NCBI GenBank assembly: GCA_002688415.1
Contig: NZCX01000021.1
Coordinates: 6,660-70,659 of the forward strand
Direction: 5' to 3'
Length of the DNA stretch: 64,000 nt
DNA from: Candidatus Pacearchaeota archaeon
GTDB taxonomy: Archaea > Nanobdellota > Nanobdellia > Pacearchaeales > GW2011-AR1
The notes below the pieces were generated by a model, which saw only the letters and a program-made list of their open reading frames with translations, did not search any database and was not told the DNA's origin. Every line of letters starts with the position of its first letter. Position 1 is the stretch's first letter. The translations under genes and the position numbers were made by a program. This document shows, one piece after another, positions 8,543-18,170 of this stretch.

Positions 8543-11500
8543 CTACCCAACAAACTCATCAAGCTCAACCTGTTTTTCTTCTGTCTCGCCAAAAATAGAC
8601 TCTATGTATTCCCTAGCTAAGTCAATACCCTCTTTTGTATATGGAGGGATATTGTATTTATTCGCCAAATTTGTCGCTAATTCTAAATATTTCTTAATTG
8701 ACCCCTCACTTATTGTGAAAATAATCTTTCCGCCACATGAACATTCTCCAGCCAATGGAGGTCTTCTAAATTTTTTATTACAATTACTACATCTAAATTT
8801 TTGTCTTGAAAACTTACGCAAATTTCCCCTAATATCGCGAATAAAATGTCTTTCTATCATAAGTCTAGCAACATCAACTGTATCTACTGCCCTGATCTTT
8901 TCAACTAACTCCATCTGCTTTTCAACTTTTTCCTTCATGGTTGGAAGAACCTTATACGACCCATTAACAAAGCCTGCGTTGAAATTATCTGTACAATGCG
9001 TAAACCCTGCTCCCACAAAAGGATTTACCCCATTATCTAGTCTAGTTTTAACTGTTTCAATATTGCATTTACTAGAAGAAGCCTCTTGCTCTGCCAATCG
9101 ATAAACACTCAATGGATAACCATTACATGTTTCAAAATTCAAAATTTGGTCATCAACCTCTCCTGCATCAATTCGCGCATTTAAAACAAGGGGAGCATCC
9201 TGCGTACCTCCTCTATGACTTGGCAAAAATTTACGAGAAAAGTTGATCAAAACATCCATAAGCATCATAACTGCTGCTTCATCCCCGTCACAATCTCTCC
9301 TGATTGCAGCATGCATATATGGAGATGCCACAATTCCCTGTACTTCACAAAATCCTATAATTCTACCAATAACCCCCGCGCAATTATGCGGGGCCATACA
9401 CACTATTAATTGGCCAATCAAATCAGACTTATTTTTCAGATTATAATAACGTGGTAGTTTATACAACCTCTCCAATTCCTCATCAATAAATTCTGCGATA
9501 TTAAAGAATACGTCATCAGCCTTCTCGTCGTCAGAAACCGAACAGGATGGAAGGATTATATCATGAGGCCTCAACTCTAAAATCTGTTCTATGCTTGTCA
9601 AAGGATTTCCTTCGATATCATTAATATAACCAAGCTCTTTAAGCTTCTCAAGGCTAACACCTATTTCCTTAGGCTTAAAATGAGTCAGTGGAACCTCTGT
9701 TCCATCATAACGAATTGTACCATCCTTATTTACTGCCAAATTAAACTTGGCACGCAATATTGCCTTTGATAAGTGTTCAAAATCATTGCCTTTGTTGGTT
9801 AGCGCCCTCACCCCTTTAACCAATGGAGGAATTTCATAATCCTTATACCCCAACAGTCCCGTAGCAGAATCAAAATACTTCTTTATTTCAACATTATGTT
9901 TAGTAAATCGATTCCTCCTCTCATGATTTTCGCAAGGAAACTTCATGGTCTCTTTACATTCTATACAATAATAAAACCTCTCCGTCGGTTTTCCACATTG
10001 CTCACATAAAGAATAGATGGTCTCATTTCCACATTCGCATCTATAAGTAGGCCAATTAGACCTTACAAATCCCATAACACAAGCTTCCTGAACGCTTCTT
10101 AGCCTCCCTCCCTGATCAGAAACCGGAAACAATCCGTTTGGGCTCCCTGGCAGCTTACGAAGCTTAGCCTTTTCAGGCCTACCCATCCTAGAACCAATAA
10201 AGCTCCCAGCCTTGTCTTTAATCTCAAAGCGACACAGAGAATTAATTATTTTCAACACCTCCACTGCTTTATTCTTACTTTTAATAATTTTCAAAACTCT
10301 CTCTCCGAATGTTCCTCCAGAATTAGGATCTATGCCTAAATTGAAAAGAAACCCAGAAGAATCCTCTTCTATTATAATGTTGTCAAAAACAACAGAGTGC
10401 TCAACCCCCAGTAACTCTAAGGCTCTTTTGCCTTCCTTAAATTTCTCGCGAACACTTTCGCTCCATGGCAAAATCAATTTTCCACCAGCAACCTTTTCAA
10501 GCACACCATTCTGAAGCCAGTCCATTAACCAATAAAAATCTTCTACTCCAATCTGTGTCCAGTAAAAAATAAATTTTGGATGGATAGGAATTTCATATTT
10601 TTCACTAATTTTCATAGCACATTCAAAATTAACTGGCTTATTAACAATCTCTTCATATTTTTCACCAGACTTAGATAATTTATCTTCTAGCTCAAGTCTC
10701 CACCACTCTTCAACATACCCGGGCTTTAGTAGGTCAAAATTTCTATCAATAACGTCACCAAGAGGAAACAAAATATCCCCAAGATAAATTATTTCATCAA
10801 TATCCTCGTATAGTTTTTTAGCAGTCTCAAAATCCTGCAATTTTTTAACAGAGCCATCCCGAAGCTTAACGATTGGGCCATCAATTGAGTCGCATGAAGT
10901 TATAATACACCCCTTGGTTGGCTTTTCAATTTTTAATTGAGTTCCATTAGACAAAAATCCTCCACTTACTCCCATCGTGGCTGGATGAAGAGAAGTCGCA
11001 CTAAAACCAGAAGTTCGGCCCCTACCGTACCTAAGCCTAAAGCCGCCACTCCTGCCTGGGTGGCCATAAACTGGACGTCCTGCAACCAGATCTTTAATAT
11101 AGGTTGCCACAACCTCCCCCGCTCCTCCTTCTCTCTTTTTGTGCAATTCAAGATAATCATGTAAAAAATCCCAACCAGTACAAACTAAACCATTTTTCTT
11201 CGGGCTACTCAAACGACCAAGTGCTTTTTCCGCCTTCTGGGCCAATCCTTCGCTAAAAATTAAACACATTCCACCTCTAATAAAATTTGTTTCAACTCTT
11301 TCTAGATCCTTATGATTAGAAACCTCTCTTTTGTCCGTTGGGTCACCGTCAATTTGGAAGGGCAATCTTTCTGCTAAAAAAACCATCTCGTCTTCAGTGG
11401 GAAAATATGCTAGATTTGCAACTCTTTCATGATAATCGACATTTTCTGTTACATATCGCCCAACCTCTTCCTCTGTAGGATCATATTTTGCATAACCAAA

Positions 11501-12031
11501 ATGTTCACGCAAATAATCAATTAGCATTAAAACCAAACATGTAGCCGTGGTACCAGCTGAACGAATTGGTCCACTAAATTTAGCGATAAAATAATCTTTT
11601 CCCTCTTTTGTTTTGCCAAGACTAAGCCCCGTATAGCCCTCTGTCGGAGAAGCAACAACCCCCAAGGTCAAATACGAAAATCCAACACGTATTCCACAAT
11701 CAATCGCTTTAAGTTGGTCCTCAAACTTACAAAATTTTTCTTCAGAAATTTCACGCGCAATAGCAAATGCAACAGTGGTATCAAGCCTCCCGTGCTTGTT
11801 TTCAAGTTCTAAAATTCTTTTACTAATCTTGTCAACTGGAATATCTGAATAAATAGTAGATATTAAATTAACCGCTTTTTCTGCCATATTAACCGCTAGA
11901 GGAATTTCAACTTTTCTAGCCGGATCAAATCCTTTGGAACGAGCCATATTGGCAACTTCATATTCTTTAAGAACTGATTTCTCCAGATTAAGAAAATAAC
12001 CCTCTGGATTCCATACGGGGTTATTGCTCAT
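8543..12031 (-). CDS. polC: DNA polymerase D large subunit DP2
   Basis: GPIRSAGT, GGFRLRYGR, DGTIRYD, RRDCDGDE catalytic motif, C-terminal Zn finger and PIP-like QVELDEF. Confidence 0.97.
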   Translation of the reverse strand: MSNNPVWNPEGYFLNLEKSVLKEYEVANMARSKGFDPARKVEIPLAVNMAEKAVNLISTIYSDIPVDKISKRILELENKHGRLDTTVAFAIAREISEEKFCKFEDQLKAIDCGIRVGFSYLTLGVVASPTEGYTGLSLGKTKEGKDYFIAKFSGPIRSAGTTATCLVLMLIDYLREHFGYAKYDPTEEEVGRYVTENVDYHERVANLAYFPTEDEMVFLAERLPFQIDGDPTDKREVSNHKDLERVETNFIRGGMCLIFSEGLAQKAEKALGRLSSPKKNGLVCTGWDFLHDYLELHKKREGGAGEVVATYIKDLVAGRPVYGHPGRSGGFRLRYGRGRTSGFSATSLHPATMGVSGGFLSNGTQLKIEKPTKGCIITSCDSIDGPIVKLRDGSVKKLQDFETAKKLYEDIDEIIYLGDILFPLGDVIDRNFDLLKPGYVEEWWRLELEDKLSKSGEKYEEIVNKPVNFECAMKISEKYEIPIHPKFIFYWTQIGVEDFYWLMDWLQNGVLEKVAGGKLILPWSESVREKFKEGKRALELLGVEHSVVFDNIIIEEDSSGFLFNLGIDPNSGGTFGERVLKIIKSKNKAVEVLKIINSLCRFEIKDKAGSFIGSRMGRPEKAKLRKLPGSPNGLFPVSDQGGRLRSVQEACVMGFVRSNWPTYRCECGNETIYSLCEQCGKPTERFYYCIECKETMKFPCENHERRNRFTKHNVEIKKYFDSATGLLGYKDYEIPPLVKGVRALTNKGNDFEHLSKAILRAKFNLAVNKDGTIRYDGTEVPLTHFKPKEIGVSLEKLKELGYINDIEGNPLTSIEQILELRPHDIILPSCSVSDDEKADDVFFNIAEFIDEELERLYKLPRYYNLKNKSDLIGQLIVCMAPHNCAGVIGRIIGFCEVQGIVASPYMHAAIRRDCDGDEAAVMMLMDVLINFSRKFLPSHRGGTQDAPLVLNARIDAGEVDDQILNFETCNGYPLSVYRLAEQEASSSKCNIETVKTRLDNGVNPFVGAGFTHCTDNFNAGFVNGSYKVLPTMKEKVEKQMELVEKIRAVDTVDVARLMIERHFIRDIRGNLRKFSRQKFRCSNCNKKFRRPPLAGECSCGGKIIFTISEGSIKKYLELATNLANKYNIPPYTKEGIDLAREYIESIFGETEEKQVELDEFVG

Positions 12032-13629
12032 CCTAGGTCCTCCGAATCGTCCCGATTCTTACTGCCATTCTCTTCCTTAATTCCTTCTTCTGTATTACCA
12101 AAATCCAATATCCTTATTTCTCTTGTTTTGGGATTAAAAATAGGTACTTTACATGGATCTGGATTGTTCCCTGCTTTCTCTTCAAATGGCGTGATAGATT
12201 GCCAACACGATCCTGAAATAAGAAGTATATTATTTACCGTAGAAAACTCTGCTCTATGTTGATCTCCAGTAAACAAAATATCTGGGATATTGTCAATAAC
12301 AAGGCTATCTTCTTCGCATGGTATATAATCTGCAAGACCGTGGAATGGCGCTAAATGACGCCTTTTTAGCATTTCTCTAACAACTTTGGTCGGAGCATCA
12401 TGCTTATATTTTACTCTTATTTCAGGAAGTTCATTTATAAAATAATTTATACTGGCACCGTGATACATCAAAACACTAAATTCGGCTACTTCAACAAGTG
12501 AGGGATTTGGAACTAAGTGTAAATTTTCTAAATCATACAGGCCGGGTGCAAATTTTTTATTAATTATTGGCTGGGGTTCCCCAACCCAAACTGCATCATG
12601 CTGGCCTGGACACATTATAATTTGAACATCTCGCCTAATAAGGCTAAGTAGTTCTTCAAGTTTTTTATACTGCCCGGCAGTGGTTTTAATATTCAAATAT
12701 TTTTCCTGGCCTGGACCATGATTCACGCCATCAACTGCATCTCCTGCAATAAATAAGTATTTAATTTTTTTAGCAAGTTCTTTTTGGTCACCAGAACCCT
12801 CTTCCCCATTTAGCCATTTTATAAATTTTAAAAAATTCTCTTCAAGAAACATCTTGCTCCCGATATGCATATCACTGATGAATGCAATCAAATCCTCTTC
12901 ATTTGAATACTTTTTGCAACCGATTGATGCATCGGGATAAATAACACTATTCGCAAATAAAATATCTCCTCCTCCATTTACATTGATAGAGATAATATCA
13001 TCCTCTAAAATTGATTTACCAACGCTAAAAAGCTCTGTCTTTGAACTGTTAATTAGAACCTTTGATGCTCCAGTTAAATCTTCTACCTCTAAAAGAATAT
13101 TTTTATTTTTTGTTATCTTTTTGTCTAGAACCGCAACAATAATAGTATAATTTCCCTTGCTGTATCCAATTTTTCTAATTGACGTTAAATTCTCCAGATT
13201 TTTTTCCTCTAAAATATTCCTAATTTTCTCGTATCTACTCTTAAAATGACGAGTAAACTCCCTTACTGTAATTTTTCTCTTAGTAAAAGCTGGAGAAGAC
13301 AATACATTAACATTTTTTACTTTGGGTTTTAACATTGTGTTATTAACAAAGGCTTCATCACCCAAGGGTGCAATCTCATTATAGAGAATTTTTGAGAGAA
13401 TTTTTGAAACTGAATTTTTATTATTAGACTTTAACAGGTTGGTCCTAATTTCATCGATATTTTTAATGAAAATATTTTTATTTAATATTTTATTACTTAA
13501 TCCTGAATTAGAAATCGCCTTTACTAATTTCAAAATATTTTCATCCGAAAGATGATTCATCAGGTCACGAAATTCTAAATCTAGTAAAATTCCATTTCTC
13601 ATACATTCTTTTAATAAAATATCAACCAT
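12028..13629 (-). CDS. polB: DNA polymerase D small subunit DP1
   Basis: OB fold plus calcineurin-like PDE motifs SDMHIG, GDAVDG, PGQHD, YHG, RHLAP; adjacent to DP2. Confidence 0.93.
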   Translation of the reverse strand: MVDILLKECMRNGILLDLEFRDLMNHLSDENILKLVKAISNSGLSNKILNKNIFIKNIDEIRTNLLKSNNKNSVSKILSKILYNEIAPLGDEAFVNNTMLKPKVKNVNVLSSPAFTKRKITVREFTRHFKSRYEKIRNILEEKNLENLTSIRKIGYSKGNYTIIVAVLDKKITKNKNILLEVEDLTGASKVLINSSKTELFSVGKSILEDDIISINVNGGGDILFANSVIYPDASIGCKKYSNEEDLIAFISDMHIGSKMFLEENFLKFIKWLNGEEGSGDQKELAKKIKYLFIAGDAVDGVNHGPGQEKYLNIKTTAGQYKKLEELLSLIRRDVQIIMCPGQHDAVWVGEPQPIINKKFAPGLYDLENLHLVPNPSLVEVAEFSVLMYHGASINYFINELPEIRVKYKHDAPTKVVREMLKRRHLAPFHGLADYIPCEEDSLVIDNIPDILFTGDQHRAEFSTVNNILLISGSCWQSITPFEEKAGNNPDPCKVPIFNPKTREIRILDFGNTEEGIKEENGSKNRDDSEDLG

Positions 13630-13746
13630 TTTATTTATAAAAACGAAGCACTACAGATGATTGCATCTTGGCCTCAGTGATTTTGTTTAATATTTAAAAA
13701 AAGCAAAAAGACTTTTTATATTTTTGTATGCTAAAATAGCAATTAT

Positions 13747-14961
13747 TTAAAGACCTAGATTCTCTGCCAACATATCTTCAATTTTTTCAAGAAGCGTGTT
13801 TGATATACTAAGTCTTATTTCTCTGGTTCTACCATGTCGACCCTTGCTAATAACTTTTGCATTAATTATACCAAGCATATCGATATCCGCTAATATATCA
13901 CTAATCCTACGTTGAGTCAGGCTATCGGTTTTTGTTCTTATACAAACATCCTGATAAAGATTATAGACATCACCTGTAAAGAATTTATCTATTTTATGAG
14001 TTTGTTGTTGTCTGGTTAGTTGAACAATTGTATATAATACAAGTTGATGTTGTTTTGGAATAGTTTCCACTATATCCAAGATTTTATCCTTTTCTATTTT
14101 ATGGTTTGCAAGATCTATATAGTCCTCCTCAACCTTCTCTTTAGATTCTCTCTCTGAGAGCTCTCCAGCGACTCTTAATAAATCAAGGGCTCTCCTTGCA
14201 TCACCATGTTCTCTAGCCGCATAAGCGGCGCATTTAGCTGTAACACCAGGGTTGATGACGTTCTCGTGAAAAGCTAACTTGCATCTCTCGTTTAAGATAT
14301 CTTGAAGCTGAATAGCATTATATGGGGGGAAAACAAATTCTTCTTCGCCAAGACTACTTCTAACTCTCGGGTCAACATGGTCTAAAAAGGTTACATCATT
14401 ACTAATTCCGATTAGAGAAATTTGTGCATTCACCAACTCTTGATTTAAACGGGTCATAGAATATAGAAAGGTATCACTCATTTTTTTGATTGCTTGGTCT
14501 ATTTCATCAAAAATAAAGACAATTAATTGCTTTTTACTATCCACAATTTCAATAAATTTTCTCCAAACCTTATCTGTTGGAAGACCTGTTGCAGGAACAC
14601 TTCCTCCTAATTTTTCAATTAATGCTGCCAAAATTCTATATTCGGTATCGGCCACTTTTCTAAGTTTACAATTTATATACTCAAATCTAAGATCTACCTC
14701 TAACTGTTCTGCTTTTTTACTTAATTCATCTTTTACATACAAAACACTCAATGTTTTACCTGTTCCTGTTTTTCCATAAACAAACAAATTACTAGGACGC
14801 TCTTCCCTTAAGCTGGATGCTAATATCCCTGCAATAGACTTAATTTGTTCATCTCTGTGAGGAATACTTTCTGGCGTGTATCGAGCTTGCAAAACAGACT
14901 TATCCTTAAAAACACTATTGTTAACAGCACTCTCAAAAATTTCATTCAACTCAACTACCAT
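13747..14961 (-). CDS. cdc6: Orc1/Cdc6 replication initiator
   Basis: Walker A GKTGTGKT, Walker B FDEID, HGDARRALDLLR, wHTH with SKGRHGRTR. Confidence 0.97.
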   Translation of the reverse strand: MVVELNEIFESAVNNSVFKDKSVLQARYTPESIPHRDEQIKSIAGILASSLREERPSNLFVYGKTGTGKTLSVLYVKDELSKKAEQLEVDLRFEYINCKLRKVADTEYRILAALIEKLGGSVPATGLPTDKVWRKFIEIVDSKKQLIVFIFDEIDQAIKKMSDTFLYSMTRLNQELVNAQISLIGISNDVTFLDHVDPRVRSSLGEEEFVFPPYNAIQLQDILNERCKLAFHENVINPGVTAKCAAYAAREHGDARRALDLLRVAGELSERESKEKVEEDYIDLANHKIEKDKILDIVETIPKQHQLVLYTIVQLTRQQQTHKIDKFFTGDVYNLYQDVCIRTKTDSLTQRRISDILADIDMLGIINAKVISKGRHGRTREIRLSISNTLLEKIEDMLAENLGL

Positions 14962-15030
14962 TTTTATACAAAAAATAAACCCTTAGAGTATTTAAATATT
15001 ACTACATTGGAAGCTATGGTTTCATTGTCC

Positions 15031-15257
15031 TCTATTTCCTATGGAGATTAAGTTAATTTTACACCTACACCATTATTTCCTATGCAACTTACCTCGATAA
15101 AACTTAAAAATTTCAAATATTCTTTATATATACTATAATATACTATAATATAATATATATAATATATAATATAAAACTTTATAAATGAAATACTTAAAAT
15201 TTCAAATGGAAAAACACCTATTTCTTTTTAAAAAACCTCCAAAGGAAACAAGGGGGT
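15031..15257. other. Probable replication origin (oriC): ORB boxes flanking an AT-rich unwinding element
   Basis: Full ORB CTCCAAAGGAAACAAGGGGGT (15237-15257, +). Mini-ORBs TTTCAAATGGAAA (15200, +), CTCCATAGGAAATA (15033-15046, -) and GTTGCATAGGAAATA (15074-15088, -). An almost pure A/T tract at ~15120-15195 lies between the opposed boxes. Located upstream of cdc6. Confidence 0.85.
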
Positions 15258-15371
15258 CAGAGATTACCTCAATAAAACCAACCAATCTAATGAAAATATT
15301 TTCAACATCTCTCGTTAATATATATACCAAATCACACAAACATTTATAAATATCTTCAATCAAATTAACCT

Positions 15372-15626
15372 ATGGATAAAAAACCGTTCAAATCTCTCCT
15401 CGGGAAACAGGTTGTAACAAAAGAAGGTAAAAAACTAGGAATTGTAAAGGATATAACGTTTGAAACAAGAACAGGGGAGTTAATCCATGTTGTGTTAAAG
15501 GATCTTACAACCTATACGGCAAACCTATCGCTGGAAAGAACATCAAACAAAGAGGCATTAGTCCCATATAATTCTGTAATAGCAGTAGGAGATTTTGTAG
15601 TAGTCTCAGAAGAAGACTTATTATAA
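15372..15626 (+). CDS. PRC-barrel protein (CdpB-like)
   Basis: LLGKQVVTKEGKKLGIVKDI...TGEL...VPYNSVIAVGDFVVV PRC-barrel pattern. Confidence 0.9.
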   Translation: MDKKPFKSLLGKQVVTKEGKKLGIVKDITFETRTGELIHVVLKDLTTYTANLSLERTSNKEALVPYNSVIAVGDFVVVSEEDLL

Positions 15627-15672
15627 ATTAAAACACAATAAACCTTTTAAACCCTAATAAATAGGAAAAACT

Positions 15673-16083
15673 ATGGAAATACAAATAACCTTAATGAGCT
15701 CAAGATTGACAAAAGTAAGTGGGAATAGAGAAATGGAATTCTCAGGAAAAATCTCAATGAACCAAAATATTAAAATTAAAAGTATGGAAAAATTTAAGCC
15801 AACCAATTCAAAAATTGAAAGCATAAAGGCTGACTATTCCTTTGAAATAGACTACGGAGAACTAGGAAAGGTGGAGATAGAAGGAATTCTTTTTTTAGGA
15901 ACAGACTCTAAGACAACAAAAAAAATATTAGAGGAATATAAAAATAAAAACTTCCAATCAGCAGAACAAATAAAAATTATGAATATGATTATACAAAAAG
16001 CATCCATAAGAGCTTTTGAGATAGAAGAAGAGTTGGGCTTACCAATACATATAAGATTGCCAGAATTAGCCCCAAAACAATAA
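15673..16083 (+). CDS. Conserved hypothetical archaeal protein
   Basis: 136-aa ORF with a TATA-like element upstream; beta-rich N-half and a C-terminal helix ending LGLPIHI. Confidence 0.7.
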   Translation: MEIQITLMSSRLTKVSGNREMEFSGKISMNQNIKIKSMEKFKPTNSKIESIKADYSFEIDYGELGKVEIEGILFLGTDSKTTKKILEEYKNKNFQSAEQIKIMNMIIQKASIRAFEIEEELGLPIHIRLPELAPKQ

Positions 16084-16114
16084 GTTATTTAAACTAACAT
16101 TTCTAAGATCCTTT

Positions 16115-16855
16115 ATGAGAGGAGAAAATCAAAATAAAAACCAGAACTTTCTTTTCAAAAAACCACTCTTAAAGCAAAATCACCGAAGAAAACAGAGGGG
16201 GATGATCCAAAATAGAAAACCATTCCCAGAAAATAATGACCCTTCGACATTAAACATTACTAATGAAAAATTATGGAGCATGAAAAACATACAAATTGCA
16301 CTAGTGGTTGGATTTGTGTTACTTATAGTAGACCTCATTCTGCTATTCTCACTAAACACAGGACTATCAGGATCTCTTATAATAGTTTTAATTAGCGTAG
16401 TATTATACGCAATTGCATTGTACTTTCTTCTCAATCCACCATATCAAAAAACCATAGAGAAAGAAAGGACAAAACAAATAGAAAAACCAACAATCAAAGT
16501 AATCGAGAAGAAGATAGAAAAACCAGTAATAAAAATTATAGAAAAACCAGTCGAAAGGATAAAATACATTGAAAAACCAATAATAAAGAGGGTTTCAGCC
16601 CCAGTAACTATACCAGTTAACAAAAATCCAATGAAGGCATACCCATATGTAGCATCGGTAAAATCAAAAACTATTCACGCTACACATACAACAGCTGGAC
16701 GGATGATTAAGCCAGAAAATAGAGAATTTGCCAAAGACATAAAAGAATTAACAAAAAAAGGATACGCAATAGGGCATCTAAACAATAACCCGAGAAAAAC
16801 TTCCGCGAAGAAAGCAAAAAAGAAAATGACTAAGAAAGCAGCTAGAAAAAAATAA
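16115..16855 (+). CDS. Membrane protein with IEKP repeats, degenerate Ada-like domain and K/A-rich tail
   Basis: Two TMs, repeated IEKP, YVASVKSKTIH...IKPENR...KGY, and a KKAKKK tail. Alternative start at 16280. Confidence 0.7.
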   Translation: MRGENQNKNQNFLFKKPLLKQNHRRKQRGMIQNRKPFPENNDPSTLNITNEKLWSMKNIQIALVVGFVLLIVDLILLFSLNTGLSGSLIIVLISVVLYAIALYFLLNPPYQKTIEKERTKQIEKPTIKVIEKKIEKPVIKIIEKPVERIKYIEKPIIKRVSAPVTIPVNKNPMKAYPYVASVKSKTIHATHTTAGRMIKPENREFAKDIKELTKKGYAIGHLNNNPRKTSAKKAKKKMTKKAARKK

Positions 16856-16915
16856 AGGTACAAATTTTAACAACTTTTCCACAACATTTTTAAAACCGAA
16901 TAACTCTAGATCTTT

Positions 16916-17185
16916 ATGCCAAAAATATCAAAACAAAAAATCCAAAAAATCAAAGAGCAAATACTGTTCTATTTATATTCAACATTCCCTAATCAACCAT
17001 TTACGTCAGACATCGCAACAGAGCTTGCAAGGGACGAAGAATTTATAAAAATTCAATTAATAGAGCTAGAAAAGGAAAAACTTATAATAAAAATTAATAG
17101 AAACCCAGAAGGCGTAGTGTATCTCAGGAGGTTAAGGTGGAGAATTTCAAATAAAGTTCATGAAGCATACTCAGAAAACCAATAG
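16916..17185 (+). CDS. Small winged-helix DNA-binding protein
   Basis: QILFYL...FTSDIATELARDEEFIKIQLIELEKEKLI HTH pattern with a basic wing (RRLRW). Confidence 0.7.
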   Translation: MPKISKQKIQKIKEQILFYLYSTFPNQPFTSDIATELARDEEFIKIQLIELEKEKLIIKINRNPEGVVYLRRLRWRISNKVHEAYSENQ

Positions 17186-17244
17186 CCATATTCAAAAACA
17201 TACATTCTAGAATATATAATATTATAAACTCTTTTTTTGTCAAT

Positions 17245-17907
17245 ATGTTTATGGACCTAATAAAAGAGGCTTTTAGCAGAATCAAGAAAGATATTTATTC
17301 CATCCAGGTAGAACTAGCAACCTTAAGACAAGAAGTACAAAATATTGCTAAAAACCAAGTCCCAACTACACATCAAATAGTTCACCGATCGGAGACCCAA
17401 CAGACAAACAGACAACCCCATCCAACAGACACTCCAACACAAAATATAGCCGCAGAGCCTCTTAAAATACAAAATATACCATTTTCCATAGGAAATGGTG
17501 GGGTTCCAACAGACAAACAAACAGACAAACAAACAGACAAACTGGGAAAAAATAGGTTGTTTCATAAGCAAAACACCTTTGATGAGGCGGAAGAGGTCAG
17601 ACACTCACTTGATAGCTTGAAAGAAGAAATAAGGCGCAAATTCCACTCACTGACGCCACAAGAGATGCTTGTTTTTACAACGATCTATAGCTTTCAAGAC
17701 CAGAACAGGCAGATAACCTATAAATCTATAGCTCAGCATTTAACACTCAGTGAGTCGTCAATAAGAGACTATACCAACCGCCTCATTTTAAAAGAAGTAC
17801 CAATTATAAAAGAAAAGGTTAATAATAAGCAGATTCTGCTCTCAATCTCCCCAAGCTTGCGAAAAAACATATCATTATCGACGATAATTGCATTAAGAGA
17901 TGCTTAA
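17245..17907 (+). CDS. Coiled-coil + low-complexity linker + C-terminal wHTH protein (paralog A)
   Basis: AFSRIKKDI coiled coil, TDKQ repeats, and LTPQEMLVF...ITYKSIAQHLTLSESSIRDY HTH. Confidence 0.75.
   Translation: MFMDLIKEAFSRIKKDIYSIQVELATLRQEVQNIAKNQVPTTHQIVHRSETQQTNRQPHPTDTPTQNIAAEPLKIQNIPFSIGNGGVPTDKQTDKQTDKLGKNRLFHKQNTFDEAEEVRHSLDSLKEEIRRKFHSLTPQEMLVFTTIYSFQDQNRQITYKSIAQHLTLSESSIRDYTNRLILKEVPIIKEKVNNKQILLSISPSLRKNISLSTIIALRDA
17397..17542 (+). repeat. Intragenic direct-repeat array (CCAACAGACAAAC-type)
   Basis: ccaacagacaaacagacaac (17397), ccaacagacac (17422), ccaacagacaaacaaacagacaaacaaacagacaaac (17506-17542). Confidence 0.8.
17484..17504 (+). promoter_or_regulatory. ORB-like box inside a coding sequence
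   Basis: TTCCATAGGAAATGGTGGGGT compared with the origin ORB CTCCAAAGGAAACAAGGGGGT; both fit TCCAnAGGAAAnnnnGGGGT. Confidence 0.6.
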
Positions 17908-18004
17908 ACAACAAAATTATTTAACTAACTTATTCGGCTTAACGGCCAACTTTCCTTAGGTCTCTTTTAACCCCAAATCTTACTTATTTGAGCTTGTCTT
18001 TTAG

Positions 18005-18021
18005 TTTTACCGTCGGTAAAA
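18005..18021. promoter_or_regulatory. Perfect palindrome TTTTACCG-T-CGGTAAAA (candidate protein-binding site)
   Basis: 17-bp palindrome between convergent genes; degenerate copies at 18897-18912 and 20523-20539. Confidence 0.55.
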
Positions 18022-18170
18022 ATTAAACTTAGACACTGGATTGTCAAAAGGCTTTTCTGCAAGCCCGCCAATACTCTCTTTTCTGCCTAAAACAAGAGAA
18101 AAACACCAATATCCACTAATTACACCCATTTGTAAAAATTAAACTTTTTAACCCTCACAATTCTATTTTT

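Noticed and set aside
5274..14961. Inteins in DnaE, DP2 or Cdc6
   Set aside because: Lengths are normal and no C...HN splice junctions or LAGLIDADG blocks interrupt the conserved motifs.
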